A stretch of DNA of 64,000 nt from the NCBI GenBank assembly GCA_964545045.1, contig CAZJEN010000019.1, positions 743 through 64,742 of the forward strand, in the 5' to 3' direction. The stretch comes from an uncultured Lachnospiraceae bacterium. Lineage in GTDB: Bacteria > Bacillota > Clostridia > Lachnospirales > Lachnospiraceae. Numbering within the stretch: position 1 is the stretch's first letter; each line of letters begins with the position of its first letter. This document shows positions 37,264-45,785 of the stretch, piece by piece. The notes under the pieces are model-generated. The model made no database searches. It was not told where the DNA came from and saw only the letters and a list, made by a program, of their open reading frames with translations. Made by a program: the position numbers and the translations under genes.

Positions 37264-38076
37264 ATGCGAGGACAAAATATAGAAAGAGGGGATATTGTGT
37301 TTGATAAAAGAGCAATTGAGTCGGAATTGAGAAAAATGCTAGCACTTGATTTTAACTGTGAGCCTGAGGATTTTGACAAAAAAGAAAACATCATTGTAGT
37401 TCCGAAGGAGCTTCCGGGAAGGCGGGAGTATACGCCGAAAAAGGCGTTTTTCTCCATGGTTACCATGGGAAAGAATGTGGTAATGAATGCACCGGAGGAG
37501 ATGCATGAGTGGTTGGAAAACTGGTGCAAAGGAAGAGAAAGCATCTGGCTGTTTGAACATCATAATCTGATGGAACTGGAGGCTGAGCTTGCAAAGTACG
37601 GGAAGCGCTTGTGGCAGAGTCATCACATGTTTTTGCCGAAGGCCCGGATGGAAGACGTAGACGGGCTTGTTGAAATGCTAAAGGCAGACGGGGATATTGA
37701 GATACAGTGGTTTGAACAGAAAGATATCCATGCATTGTACGGTCGGCCGGAGTTTCCGAATGCGCTGTGTGATTGTTTCAAGCCGGAGCGTCCGGATGTG
37801 CTGGCGGTAGGTGCCATGCATGATGGTCAGATAGTCGGTCTGGCAGGATGCTCTGCAGATACGAAGCTGTTCTGGCAAATCGGAATCGATGTGCTTCCGG
37901 AGTGGAGAGGTAAGGGAATTGCAACAATGCTGGTAAGATTACTGAAAAATGAATGCTTCCGCAGAGGTGCGATACCGTTTTACGGGACAAGCCTGTCGAA
38001 CCTGGGTTCCTGGCATGTGGCGCTGGGGAGCGGTTTCTATCCGGCTTGGGTAGAGATAGCGACCAAGGAGGTGTAA
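37264..38076 (+). CDS. GNAT-family N-acetyltransferase
   Basis: C-terminal acetyl-CoA motif region LPEWRGKGIATMLV. Start uncertain (ATG 37264 or GTG 37297). Confidence 0.7.
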   Translation: MRGQNIERGDIVFDKRAIESELRKMLALDFNCEPEDFDKKENIIVVPKELPGRREYTPKKAFFSMVTMGKNVVMNAPEEMHEWLENWCKGRESIWLFEHHNLMELEAELAKYGKRLWQSHHMFLPKARMEDVDGLVEMLKADGDIEIQWFEQKDIHALYGRPEFPNALCDCFKPERPDVLAVGAMHDGQIVGLAGCSADTKLFWQIGIDVLPEWRGKGIATMLVRLLKNECFRRGAIPFYGTSLSNLGSWHVALGSGFYPAWVEIATKEV

Positions 38077-38085
38077 CCTCGTAAT

Positions 38086-38538
38086 ATGGATTGGATGCAC
38101 ATGGGGTTGAAAAAGAGGAGACTTTTGCTGATTGTATCCGTTGTGGTAATGTTGCAGTTGGTGTATTACGGAATAAGAGATGTTTATGAAGTGTGTGACA
38201 GGTTTTCCAAAGAGCCGGTCAGTGAAGAAGAAACGTATGTGTTGGAGAAATTGCCGCCGGGAACGAAGGTTATCGATACCGGACACCGATACGGGAGTAT
38301 TCAGAGAGAAAATCACGAGCTTATCGGCGGAGCTATTATGAAATTCGTGTTAGGTATCGGATTTTTCGTATGGTGTTTGTTGAAATATTGGGAGGAAAAG
38401 CGGCTGACGGAGGAGGCAGAACGGCAGTTACGTAAAAAAAGAGAGATAGAAACAAACCTTATGTTGGATAAGGAAAAGCGACTGGCGAAGTACCGGGGAG
38501 AGGACAAGGGAAATGATACGGAGGAGGATTTATTTTAG
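38086..38538 (+). CDS. Hypothetical membrane protein
   Basis: 150-aa ORF with two hydrophobic helices and a charged C-terminus; no recognised family. Confidence 0.45.
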   Translation: MDWMHMGLKKRRLLLIVSVVVMLQLVYYGIRDVYEVCDRFSKEPVSEEETYVLEKLPPGTKVIDTGHRYGSIQRENHELIGGAIMKFVLGIGFFVWCLLKYWEEKRLTEEAERQLRKKREIETNLMLDKEKRLAKYRGEDKGNDTEEDLF

Positions 38539-38735
38539 GAAATGATGGGGCATGCATTGCTTCCCTCATTTTGATATGTCTTCGTTCTGATACTCAACTC
38601 TTGCAAACAGGCAAACCTTATGTTATACTACCATTATTATGGGTTCGTGGGCTCTTGCGTAAACGAACCTGAACTTGAATTAGTTTACGGGACGGGCAAA
38701 AGATGGCTTGTCTTGTTTGAAAGCGAGGATTTTGT

Positions 38736-40547
38736 ATGGCAGCGGACCAGACAAAGATTAGAAATTTTTGTATTATTGCGCATATCGACCACGGTAAGTC
38801 TACCTTGGCGGACCGTATTATCGAAAAGACCGGTCTTCTTACCAGTCGTGAAATGCAGGCGCAGGTATTGGACAATATGGATTTGGAGCGTGAGCGCGGT
38901 ATCACCATTAAGGCCCAGACCGTGCGTACCGTTTACAAGGCGAAGGACGGCGAGGAGTATGTGTTTAACTTAATCGATACACCGGGCCATGTGGATTTTA
39001 ACTATGAGGTTTCCCGTTCCCTTGCAGCTTGTGAGGGCGCGATTTTGGTGGTAGATGCGGCACAGGGTATCGAGGCACAGACCTTGGCGAATGTGTACCT
39101 TGCTCTTGATCATAATCTGGATATTATGCCGGTGATCAATAAGATTGACCTGCCGAGTGCAGACCCGGAGCGAGTTATCAATGAGATTGAGGATGTCATC
39201 GGTTTGGAGGCACAGGATGCACCGCTGATTTCCGCAAAGAACGGCATTAATATCGAGGATGTGTTGGAGCAGATTGTAGCAAAGATTCCGGCACCGCAGG
39301 GAGATGCCAATGCACCGCTTAAGGCTCTGATTTTCGACTCCGTATATGATGCGTACAAGGGCGTTATTATTTTCTGCCGTGTGATGGAAGGTACCGTAAA
39401 GGCGGGGACCCGTATCCGTATGATGGCAACCGGCGCGGAGGCGGAGGTTGTGGAGCTCGGTATTTTCGGACCGGGACGTTTCATCCCGTGTGAGGAGCTT
39501 TCCGCAGGTATGGTAGGTTACATTACCGCCAGCCTGAAGAATGTAAAGGATACCCGTGTGGGTGATACGGTGACCAATGCGAAGGAGCCGTGCGCCGAGG
39601 CGTTGCCGGGCTATAAAAAGGTAAATCCGATGGTGTACTGCGGTATGTATCCGGCAGACGGTGCGAAGTATCCGGATTTAAGAGATGCGTTAGAGAAGCT
39701 TCAGTTAAACGATGCGGCATTGCAGTTTGAGCCGGAGACCTCTATTGCGTTAGGCTTCGGTTTCCGTTGCGGTTTCTTAGGACTGTTACACTTAGAGATT
39801 ATTCAGGAGCGTTTGGAGCGTGAGTACAATCTAGACCTTGTGACTACCGCGCCGAGCGTAATTTACAAAGTATATAAGACCAACGGCGAGGTTATCGAGA
39901 TTACCAACCCGTCCAATCTTCCGGATCCGTCGGAGATTGAGCACATGGAGGAACCGTTTGTTTCTGCGGAGATTATGGTAACCACGGAATTTGTGGGTGC
40001 AATTATGACCCTGTGTCAGGAGCGCCGCGGTATTTACCTTGGTATGGAATACATGGAGCAGACGAGAGCGCTTCTTAAGTACGAGCTTCCGCTTAATGAA
40101 ATCATTTACGATTTCTTTGATGCATTGAAATCACGTTCCAGAGGCTATGCATCCTTTGACTATGAGCTGAAGGGTTATGTACCGAGTGAGCTGGTAAAGC
40201 TGGATATTTTAGTAAACCGTGAGGAAGTGGATGCCTTGTCCTTTATTGTACACGGCGAAACCGCTTACGAGCGTGGCAGAAGAATGTGCGAGCGTTTGAA
40301 GGATGAGATTCCGAGACAGCTTTTCGAGATTCCGATTCAGGCAGCCATCGGTAGCAAGATTATTGCGAGAGAGACCGTAAAAGCAATGCGTAAGGACGTA
40401 CTTGCAAAGTGTTACGGCGGTGATATCTCCCGTAAGAAGAAGCTCCTGGAGAAGCAGAAGGAAGGTAAGAAGCGTATGCGCCAGGTAGGTAATGTAGAGA
40501 TACCGCAGAAGGCGTTTATGAGTGTATTGAAGCTGGATGAAGAGTAA
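38736..40547 (+). CDS. lepA: Elongation factor 4
   Basis: [21 protein letters not shown]-domain; 603 aa; conserved position before hemW. Confidence 0.97.
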   Translation: MAADQTKIRNFCIIAHIDHGKSTLADRIIEKTGLLTSREMQAQVLDNMDLERERGITIKAQTVRTVYKAKDGEEYVFNLIDTPGHVDFNYEVSRSLAACEGAILVVDAAQGIEAQTLANVYLALDHNLDIMPVINKIDLPSADPERVINEIEDVIGLEAQDAPLISAKNGINIEDVLEQIVAKIPAPQGDANAPLKALIFDSVYDAYKGVIIFCRVMEGTVKAGTRIRMMATGAEAEVVELGIFGPGRFIPCEELSAGMVGYITASLKNVKDTRVGDTVTNAKEPCAEALPGYKKVNPMVYCGMYPADGAKYPDLRDALEKLQLNDAALQFEPETSIALGFGFRCGFLGLLHLEIIQERLEREYNLDLVTTAPSVIYKVYKTNGEVIEITNPSNLPDPSEIEHMEEPFVSAEIMVTTEFVGAIMTLCQERRGIYLGMEYMEQTRALLKYELPLNEIIYDFFDALKSRSRGYASFDYELKGYVPSELVKLDILVNREEVDALSFIVHGETAYERGRRMCERLKDEIPRQLFEIPIQAAIGSKIIARETVKAMRKDVLAKCYGGDISRKKKLLEKQKEGKKRMRQVGNVEIPQKAFMSVLKLDEE

Positions 40548-40637
40548 GAAATACTTGCGAAAGCAGAAGAAATATGATACACTGAAATCAGAAAGGAACA
40601 ACCGCCCACAAGGTGGGTTGACCTAATTGATGAGTTA

Positions 40638-40684
40638 GAAAGACCACCCAGTCAACCGGTCAAAGTTAAGAGGGTGGTTTTTCT
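40638..40684. terminator. Bidirectional terminator (lepA on the plus strand, small ORF on the minus strand)
   Basis: AGAAAGACCACCC ... GGGTGGTTTTTCT. Confidence 0.65.
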
Positions 40685-40692
40685 ATGTTTAT

Positions 40693-40788
40693 TTACTTAC
40701 AAAACGTAAAAACGAATGTAAGCAAAGCTATAAGAAAGAGTCCGAAGGACAACAAATCTCGAAAATCAAATTTGTTCTGATTCTTCAT
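40693..40788 (-). CDS. 31-aa hydrophobic peptide, holin-like/type I toxin-like (absent from the ORF track)
   Basis: MKNQNKFDFRDLLSFGLFLIALLTFVFTFCK. GGAGGTGGAG RBS, its own strong promoter, an SD-sequestering hairpin CCUUCAUUC/GAAUGGAGG, and a terminator directly after the stop. Confidence 0.55.
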   Translation of the reverse strand: MKNQNKFDFRDLLSFGLFLIALLTFVFTFCK

Positions 40789-40855
40789 AAGCTCCACCTC
40801 CATTCTTTAGGAATGAAGGTCACCCCACCCTGTAACACGATTGTTCCATGAGTCT

Positions 40856-40884
40856 AGTATAACAAAACCAGAACAAGGGTTCAA
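40856..40884 (-). promoter_or_regulatory. Promoter of the 31-aa peptide gene
   Basis: Minus strand TTGAAC, 17-nt spacer, TGtTATACT extended -10. Confidence 0.6.
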
Positions 40885-40912
40885 GTAAAAACTCCGAAAT
40901 GAGGGAATTAAA

Positions 40913-42232
40913 ATGAAAAAGAAAGAAATAGCAGAAAAACGTCCTCTGGGACTTTATATCCACATTCCGTTTTGTGTAAAGAAGTGTGCTTATTGTGATT
41001 TTCTGTCCTTCCCGTCGGATGAAGTGGCAAAGGAGCGATATGTAGACGCCCTTTGTGAGGAAATCAGAGCCAACAAAGAGAATGTAGAAGAATATCTGGT
41101 AGAGACTGTATATTTTGGTGGCGGTACACCGAGTGTGCTGTCGGTAGAGCAGATAGAGAAGATATTCGGGACGATTTTGGAAACTTTTTCTGTACGGGGA
41201 TTCGAAGAGGAAAAGCCGGGGAAGCAAGAGAAAAAAGAAAAAAAGAAACTGCGTCTTGGGAAGAAGAATGTCGAAGAACAGGAACAGACAGAGACTCCGG
41301 AAATTCGCCTGCAACGAGTTTTAAGCGGCGAACTGGCGGAGGTTACCATCGAGGTGAATCCGGGAACGGCAGACAGAGAGAAGTTTGCGGCACTTTACGA
41401 GCTAGGGTTCAATCGTCTCAGCATGGGCCTGCAATCTGCTATAACAGAAGAATTGAAATGTCTTGGGCGAATTCACACGAAGGAACAGTTTGCAGATTGC
41501 GTGAAAGCCGCAAGAGAGGCAGGATTTCGTAATATCAGCGGCGATTTGATGTCGGGGCTTCCGGAGCAGACCGAAGAAACTCTGACCGAGAGTATTCGTT
41601 TTCTTTTGGCACAACAGCCGGAACATATTTCGGTGTATAGTTTGCAGGTTGAGGAGGGTACGGAGTTTTATATGCGGTATGGTGAGGATGGACCGGAGAA
41701 GGCAAAGCTTCCGGATGAGGATGAGGATCGGGCGATGTATGAATTGACCGGAAGGCTTTTGTCAGAAGCAGGGTATGAGCGTTACGAGATTTCTAATTAT
41801 GCAAAGCCGGGCTTTGAGAGCCGCCATAACAGTTCTTATTGGACGGGAAGGGAGTATTTGGGCTTAGGTCTTGGTGCGTCGTCTCTTATGTCCAATGCCA
41901 GATTCCACAATACCATGGATATGGAGGAGTATTTGGAAGGAGCGACGGATCCGTTTTCCATTCGAGAGGATATGGAACGTCTGGTGCAGAAGGAACTGAT
42001 GGAAGAGTTTATGTTTCTGGGGCTCCGGATGTGTCGAGGCATTGAAAAAGCGGAGTTTAAGAGGCGTTTTAAATGTGAGATTGAGACGATTTACGGAGAC
42101 GTAATGAAGCGTCTGGTTTCTCAGGGAGTGCTTGCGGAAGCAGAAGGAAGGGTGTTCCTGACGACCAGAGGAATCGATGTCAGCAATGTGGTGCTGGCAG
42201 AGTTTTTGTTGGATGAGTTTGTGCGGAGGTAA
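40913..42232 (+). CDS. hemW: Radical SAM heme chaperone HemW (HemN-like) with a Lys/Glu-rich insertion
   Basis: LYIHIPFCVKKCAYCDF CxxxCxxC motif; position after lepA; low-complexity insert at 41195-41329. Confidence 0.9.
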   Translation: MKKKEIAEKRPLGLYIHIPFCVKKCAYCDFLSFPSDEVAKERYVDALCEEIRANKENVEEYLVETVYFGGGTPSVLSVEQIEKIFGTILETFSVRGFEEEKPGKQEKKEKKKLRLGKKNVEEQEQTETPEIRLQRVLSGELAEVTIEVNPGTADREKFAALYELGFNRLSMGLQSAITEELKCLGRIHTKEQFADCVKAAREAGFRNISGDLMSGLPEQTEETLTESIRFLLAQQPEHISVYSLQVEEGTEFYMRYGEDGPEKAKLPDEDEDRAMYELTGRLLSEAGYERYEISNYAKPGFESRHNSSYWTGREYLGLGLGASSLMSNARFHNTMDMEEYLEGATDPFSIREDMERLVQKELMEEFMFLGLRMCRGIEKAEFKRRFKCEIETIYGDVMKRLVSQGVLAEAEGRVFLTTRGIDVSNVVLAEFLLDEFVRR

Positions 42233-42884
42233 ACGGGAGGTCGTTATAAAAGTAATTGTATTTGACTTGGGCGGTACGTTAATGCAATATGTGGGGATGC
42301 CTCATTCCTGGGTAGAGTTTTATAAACAAGGCTTCGAAGCAATCTGCCGGACCTTTGGGTGTCAGGTGTCGGAAGCGGAGATTGAACGGTCCATACAATG
42401 CTTAACAGAAATGAATCCAAGAGTGAACTACCGGGAGGAGGAATACTTGCCGGAGGAAATGTTCGCGAAGGCGCTGGTTCATTGGCCGGAAGAATTGCCG
42501 ATTGAGGAATGCGTTAAGGTGTTTTTGGACGGTTTAGAATTAAGGGCCGAACTTTATCCGGACGCGATTGTGATACTGCGGGATTTGAAGGAAAAGGGGT
42601 ACAAAATAGCAGCCTTAACGGATTTATCCAGCGGATTTCCGGATGAGCGGTTCCGGCAGGACATCGCAGTACTTATGGGATGTTTTGATTATTATGTATC
42701 CTCTGCAGTTTCCGGTGTCAGAAAACCGAATGACGGCGGACTGCGGATGATTGCCGAAAAGTTTGGAGTGTCTCTTTCGGAGATTGTTTTGGTGGGGGAT
42801 GAGGAGAAAGACGCCCGGACTGCGGAACGGGCCGGATGTAGGTTTGTACGCATGACCGGAGCGGGAAGAGGGAAGGGAGTATAA
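42213..42884 (+). CDS. HAD-superfamily hydrolase
   Basis: VIVFDLGGTLMQ motif I and LVGDEEKD motif IV. Start uncertain; ATG 42213 overlaps the hemW end. Confidence 0.7.
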   Translation: MSLCGGKREVVIKVIVFDLGGTLMQYVGMPHSWVEFYKQGFEAICRTFGCQVSEAEIERSIQCLTEMNPRVNYREEEYLPEEMFAKALVHWPEELPIEECVKVFLDGLELRAELYPDAIVILRDLKEKGYKIAALTDLSSGFPDERFRQDIAVLMGCFDYYVSSAVSGVRKPNDGGLRMIAEKFGVSLSEIVLVGDEEKDARTAERAGCRFVRMTGAGRGKGV

Positions 42885-42936
42885 GCGGTTTGGAGGAACT
42901 GTTGAAAAGATTGGAGTGTATGGGGGGAAGTTGGAG

Positions 42937-42966
42937 TTGACAATTGCTCAAAAGTAATGTTATACT
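42937..42966 (+). promoter_or_regulatory. Promoter of candidate antitoxin sRNA (copy 1)
   Basis: TTGACA (42937-42942), 18-nt spacer, TGtTATACT (42958-42966). Confidence 0.6.
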
Positions 42967-42972
42967 TAGGTC

Positions 42973-43066
42973 AGAAAAGGTGCTACCGATAGAACGGTTG
43001 CCCTGAAATTTTGGGTTACAAAAAAGTAACTGTCAAGTTCTCAGGCTCGGACAGTTACTTTTTTGC
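42973..43066 (+). ncRNA. Candidate ~95-nt sRNA convergent with, and overlapping the 3' end of, the 35-aa peptide gene (copy 1)
   Basis: Strong promoter upstream. Ends in hairpin AAAAAAGTAACTGTC...GACAGTTACTTTTTT, which also contains the peptide stop codon on the other strand. Confidence 0.45.
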
Positions 43067-43280
43067 GTTTTTACCGTTGGAATAGCCTAACTTGTAGGCT
43101 GCACCGCAAGCGATACTTACAATAGCAATCAAATAATACACAGATTCTATAGTCAAATACATAAGCGCAAAAACCTCCCTTTTACATATTCTTGAAGGCA
43201 TGAGCATCCAAGTGAAATCTATGTAAACAGAGCTTGTACTCTCCGGGGGAGGGCAACCGTCCTACCGTACTATGTAGCAC
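42980..43280. repeat. Direct repeat copy 1 (~300 bp) = type I toxin-antitoxin-like module
   Basis: Aligns by eye along its length with 51763-52067. Ends are inverted: GTGCTACCGATAGAACGGTTGCCC ... GGGCAACCGTCCTACCGTACTATGTAGCAC. Confidence 0.85.
43055..43162 (-). CDS. 35-aa hydrophobic peptide, type I toxin-like (copy 1, absent from the ORF track)
   Basis: MYLTIESVYYLIAIVSIACGAAYKLGYSNGKNAKK; GGGAGG RBS 10 nt upstream; the 5' UTR contains the complementary CCCUCCC. Confidence 0.55.
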   Translation of the reverse strand: MYLTIESVYYLIAIVSIACGAAYKLGYSNGKNAKK

Positions 43281-43288
43281 CTAAGAAT

Positions 43289-43317
43289 AGTATAAAACAT
43301 AAATTCGAAAATGTCAA
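43289..43317 (-). promoter_or_regulatory. Promoter of the 35-aa peptide mRNA (copy 1)
   Basis: Minus strand TTGACA, 17-nt spacer, TATACT; predicted start at the repeat boundary. Confidence 0.6.
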
Positions 43318-43401
43318 CGAATAATCGAACATATATTCTTGACAAACGGTGAGAAATGGGCTAATATGAAGATATACAATTGTGTTTGAGGAGGCTATAG
43401 T

Positions 43402-43782
43402 ATGGACGGGATTATCAGAAAGAATTTGGATGATGCATTTGCAAATGAGTGTGCCTATTCGGAAGTGGTGGAGGCCGGTGATTGGGTGTTTCTGAATTTT
43501 TGTGTAGGAAATGTGGGCGGTACAGTGGAAGAACAGGTACATGGCGCTCTTGACCAGATGGAAGCACGTCTTGCGTTGGTGGGACTTACACTGGAGGCTG
43601 TGGTGAAAGTTGATGTTTTAATGAAAGATCCTTGGAATATCCCTGCTATGGAGAAGGTATTTGCTGAGCGTTTTAAAGGAAAGTACCCGGCAAGAAAGAC
43701 GATTGCCACGGAGTTTGCTCACAAGGGCGGCGAGAACGGATTGCAGGTGCAAATCGATGCAATTGCGTATAAAGGTCATTGA
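43402..43782 (+). CDS. RidA/YjgF/L-PSP family protein
   Basis: 126 aa; GAGGAGG RBS; ...YPARKTIA... pattern typical of the family. Confidence 0.75.
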   Translation: MDGIIRKNLDDAFANECAYSEVVEAGDWVFLNFCVGNVGGTVEEQVHGALDQMEARLALVGLTLEAVVKVDVLMKDPWNIPAMEKVFAERFKGKYPARKTIATEFAHKGGENGLQVQIDAIAYKGH

Positions 43783-43820
43783 TGTGGCATAGGGAAGGAA
43801 AGATTTCGATAAAATAAGTC

Positions 43821-43956
43821 TTGCATTTTTTCGTTACATTGTGTATAAAGTAATAGTAGAAAAAGAATACGTTAACTGCCACCGGGTAGTGAATGCGAAG
43901 CATTCGTAGCACATCGTTAGGTCTTAGAAGATGTGTCTGCGGATGCTTTTTGTTTG
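43821..43956 (+). promoter_or_regulatory. Promoter plus leader with an intrinsic terminator upstream of pnuC (candidate riboswitch/attenuator)
   Basis: TTGCAT, 17-nt spacer, TATAAA (43821-43849). Terminator AGCATTCGTAGCACATC ... GATGTGTCTGCGGATGCT followed by TTTTTGTTTG (43899-43956). A competing hairpin GAATGC-GAA-GCATTC (43891-43905) shares the left arm. Confidence 0.5.
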
Positions 43957-44068
43957 AAGGCAAAATCCGAAATGTTATATTACAAAAAGGTAGTTGAAAA
44001 ATGTATAAATCGTAGATAGTTACTTCTGTGGCAGACAAGACTCAGTAGAGAAAAGGAGAACTTTATAT

Positions 44069-44758
44069 ATGAAAAAACGGACTACTTATTTCACCAAAAC
44101 CGAACTTATTCTCTGGTTCGGTTCTATGACCTTAATATTGGCGGCCTTTTGCCTGTTTGACCGGGAAAGTTACTTGACGTTGAGTGCGTCATTGATCGGC
44201 GTGACTTCCCTAATTTTTGCGGCGAAAGGGAATCCGGTGTCTCAGGTGCTGATGATTGCATTTAGCATTTTATATGGGATTATTTCCTATTCTTTTGCCT
44301 ATTACGGGGAGATGCTGACTTATCTAGGAATGACGCTTCCAATGTCGGTGATTGCACTGGTTGCTTGGCTTCGGAATCCGTACGAAGGGAAGAAATCGGA
44401 GGTGAAGGTAAATCATATAGGGAAAAAAGATATTGTATGGATGGTGCTCCTGACGGCAGTGGTAACAGTCGCGTTTTATTTCATATTGGAGGCTTTTGAT
44501 ACCGCCAATATTGTGCCGAGTACGATTTCCGTGACCACCAGCTTTTTGGCGGTGTTTCTGACGTTCCGCCGCAGTCCTTACTATGCGTTGGCTTATGCGG
44601 CCAATGATATTGTGCTCATTGTGCTGTGGGTGTTGGCATCCATAGAGGACATTCATTATGTGTCTGTGGCGGTTTGTTTTGTGGTGTTTTTTGTAAATGA
44701 TATGTACGGATTTGTCAGTTGGCGGAGAATGGCAAAACGCCAGAGGGAGAATGAATGA
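44069..44758 (+). CDS. pnuC: PnuC-family (nicotinamide riboside-type) transporter
   Basis: 229-aa polytopic protein; AAKGNPVSQ...WLRNPY pattern typical of PnuC. Confidence 0.8.
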   Translation: MKKRTTYFTKTELILWFGSMTLILAAFCLFDRESYLTLSASLIGVTSLIFAAKGNPVSQVLMIAFSILYGIISYSFAYYGEMLTYLGMTLPMSVIALVAWLRNPYEGKKSEVKVNHIGKKDIVWMVLLTAVVTVAFYFILEAFDTANIVPSTISVTTSFLAVFLTFRRSPYYALAYAANDIVLIVLWVLASIEDIHYVSVAVCFVVFFVNDMYGFVSWRRMAKRQRENE

Positions 44759-44855
44759 GAAATATTCTGCTAGTTGACTAGAGCGAAAAGCATAGCTTGT
44801 ATTTCGTATGAACAAGCGGTATAATTTTTTTAGGAAAGATTTTTGGGAGGAGACT

Positions 44856-45332
44856 ATGTACAAGCATTATGACAAGGACGGCGCGGCAATCAGTCTGCAT
44901 GACAGCAGAGCCGAAAAGGCAACTTATGAAAACGGTATATTAACCTTTTATTTTCCAGAGGACGGATTCTGGATACTTTCGGAACATGAGGAAAATTCTG
45001 CGGTCGAAGCGGTACGGACGGATGCCTCCGAGGTGCGGTTTCATTTATTATATGAAACCGAAGATGAGTCTCAGTGTTATGTGTTCGATAAGAAATCGGA
45101 ACGAAAGGCAGTGCGGAAGCAGTGGACGCTTTCAGAACTGGTTTCTGCAATAAACAACGGGAAGTATCAACTGGAGTTTTTGTATCGGTACGCAGGCGGA
45201 TATAAGGAACTGGTATTTTACTGCGAGATATGTCAGGATAAGAAACCGTATCGTAGGGAATGCCAGTTGTGGCTGAGTGTGCAGGATGTGACCTATTGTT
45301 GGAATGATTTTGCGAAATGTTACAGAGAATAG
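44856..45332 (+). CDS. Hypothetical protein
   Basis: ATG 44856 after GGGAGGAG; 158 aa; no recognised motif. Confidence 0.55.
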   Translation: MYKHYDKDGAAISLHDSRAEKATYENGILTFYFPEDGFWILSEHEENSAVEAVRTDASEVRFHLLYETEDESQCYVFDKKSERKAVRKQWTLSELVSAINNGKYQLEFLYRYAGGYKELVFYCEICQDKKPYRRECQLWLSVQDVTYCWNDFAKCYRE

Positions 45333-45365
45333 TAGAAAGATTATTCTATAAGGAGATTATGTTAA

Positions 45366-45701
45366 ATGGAGCAATCCACATTTGAACTTATATACAATGT
45401 CGTCAAACAGATTCCAAAAGGTTCCGTCGCAACTTATGGCCAGGTTGCTGCCCTTGCCGGAAATAAACGTTGGGCACGTGTCGTAGGCTACGCCCTTCAT
45501 GCCAATCCGGATCCGGAACATATTCCATGCCATAGAGTGGTGAATCGGGAAGGTGCGGTATCGGAAGCCTTTGCCTTCGGTGGCGAAAACCGGCAGGTGG
45601 AGCTTCTGCGTGAGGAAGGAGTGGAAGTTACCGGTAAGAAGGTGGACCTCACGAAGTACCGCTGGAACCGGATGACGATGGAGATGTTGGGGAAGGAATA
45701 G
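45366..45701 (+). CDS. MGMT-family DNA-binding domain protein (single-domain alkyltransferase-like, Cys retained)
   Basis: 111 aa; IPCHRVVN active-site-type motif; no N-terminal domain. Confidence 0.8.
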   Translation: MEQSTFELIYNVVKQIPKGSVATYGQVAALAGNKRWARVVGYALHANPDPEHIPCHRVVNREGAVSEAFAFGGENRQVELLREEGVEVTGKKVDLTKYRWNRMTMEMLGKE

Positions 45702-45741
45702 GGTAATGTAAAGATTATAGTTGGTTATATTGTTAAAAGAG

Positions 45742-45785
45742 AAAAGTAACGGCCAGTTGTCAAACGTTGACCGTTACTTTTTTAT
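45742..45785. terminator. Bidirectional terminator sharing its stem sequence with the terminators of the two repeat modules
   Basis: AAAAGTAACGG ... CCGTTACTTTTTT; compare AAAAAAGTAACGGTC...GACCGTTACTTTTTT at 51805-51849. Confidence 0.65.

Noticed and set aside
40599-40620. Hairpin CAACCGCCCAC-AAG-GTGGGTTG downstream of lepA
   Set aside because: It has no adjoining U-tract. The real terminator appears to be the stronger hairpin at 40638-40684.
40820-41349. 164-aa and 119-aa minus-strand ORFs overlapping hemW
   Set aside because: These are an artefact of the Lys/Glu-rich (AAG/GAA repeat) insertion in hemW, which stays open in the antisense frames. Their sequence is low-complexity Phe/Leu/Ser.
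42980-43280. The repeat ends (GTGCTAC ... GTAGCAC) contain the same TGCTAC/GTAGCA hexamers as the XRE operator boxes
   Set aside because: A hexamer is expected many times by chance in 64 kb on two strands. Spacing and flanks differ from the TGCTAC-N5-GTAGCA design, so I do not claim a regulatory link. It would be worth a quick motif-enrichment test.
44324-44863. 179-aa minus-strand ORF
   Set aside because: It is antisense to the PnuC transporter gene. It is rich in His/Arg/Gln and has no hydrophobic or domain pattern.
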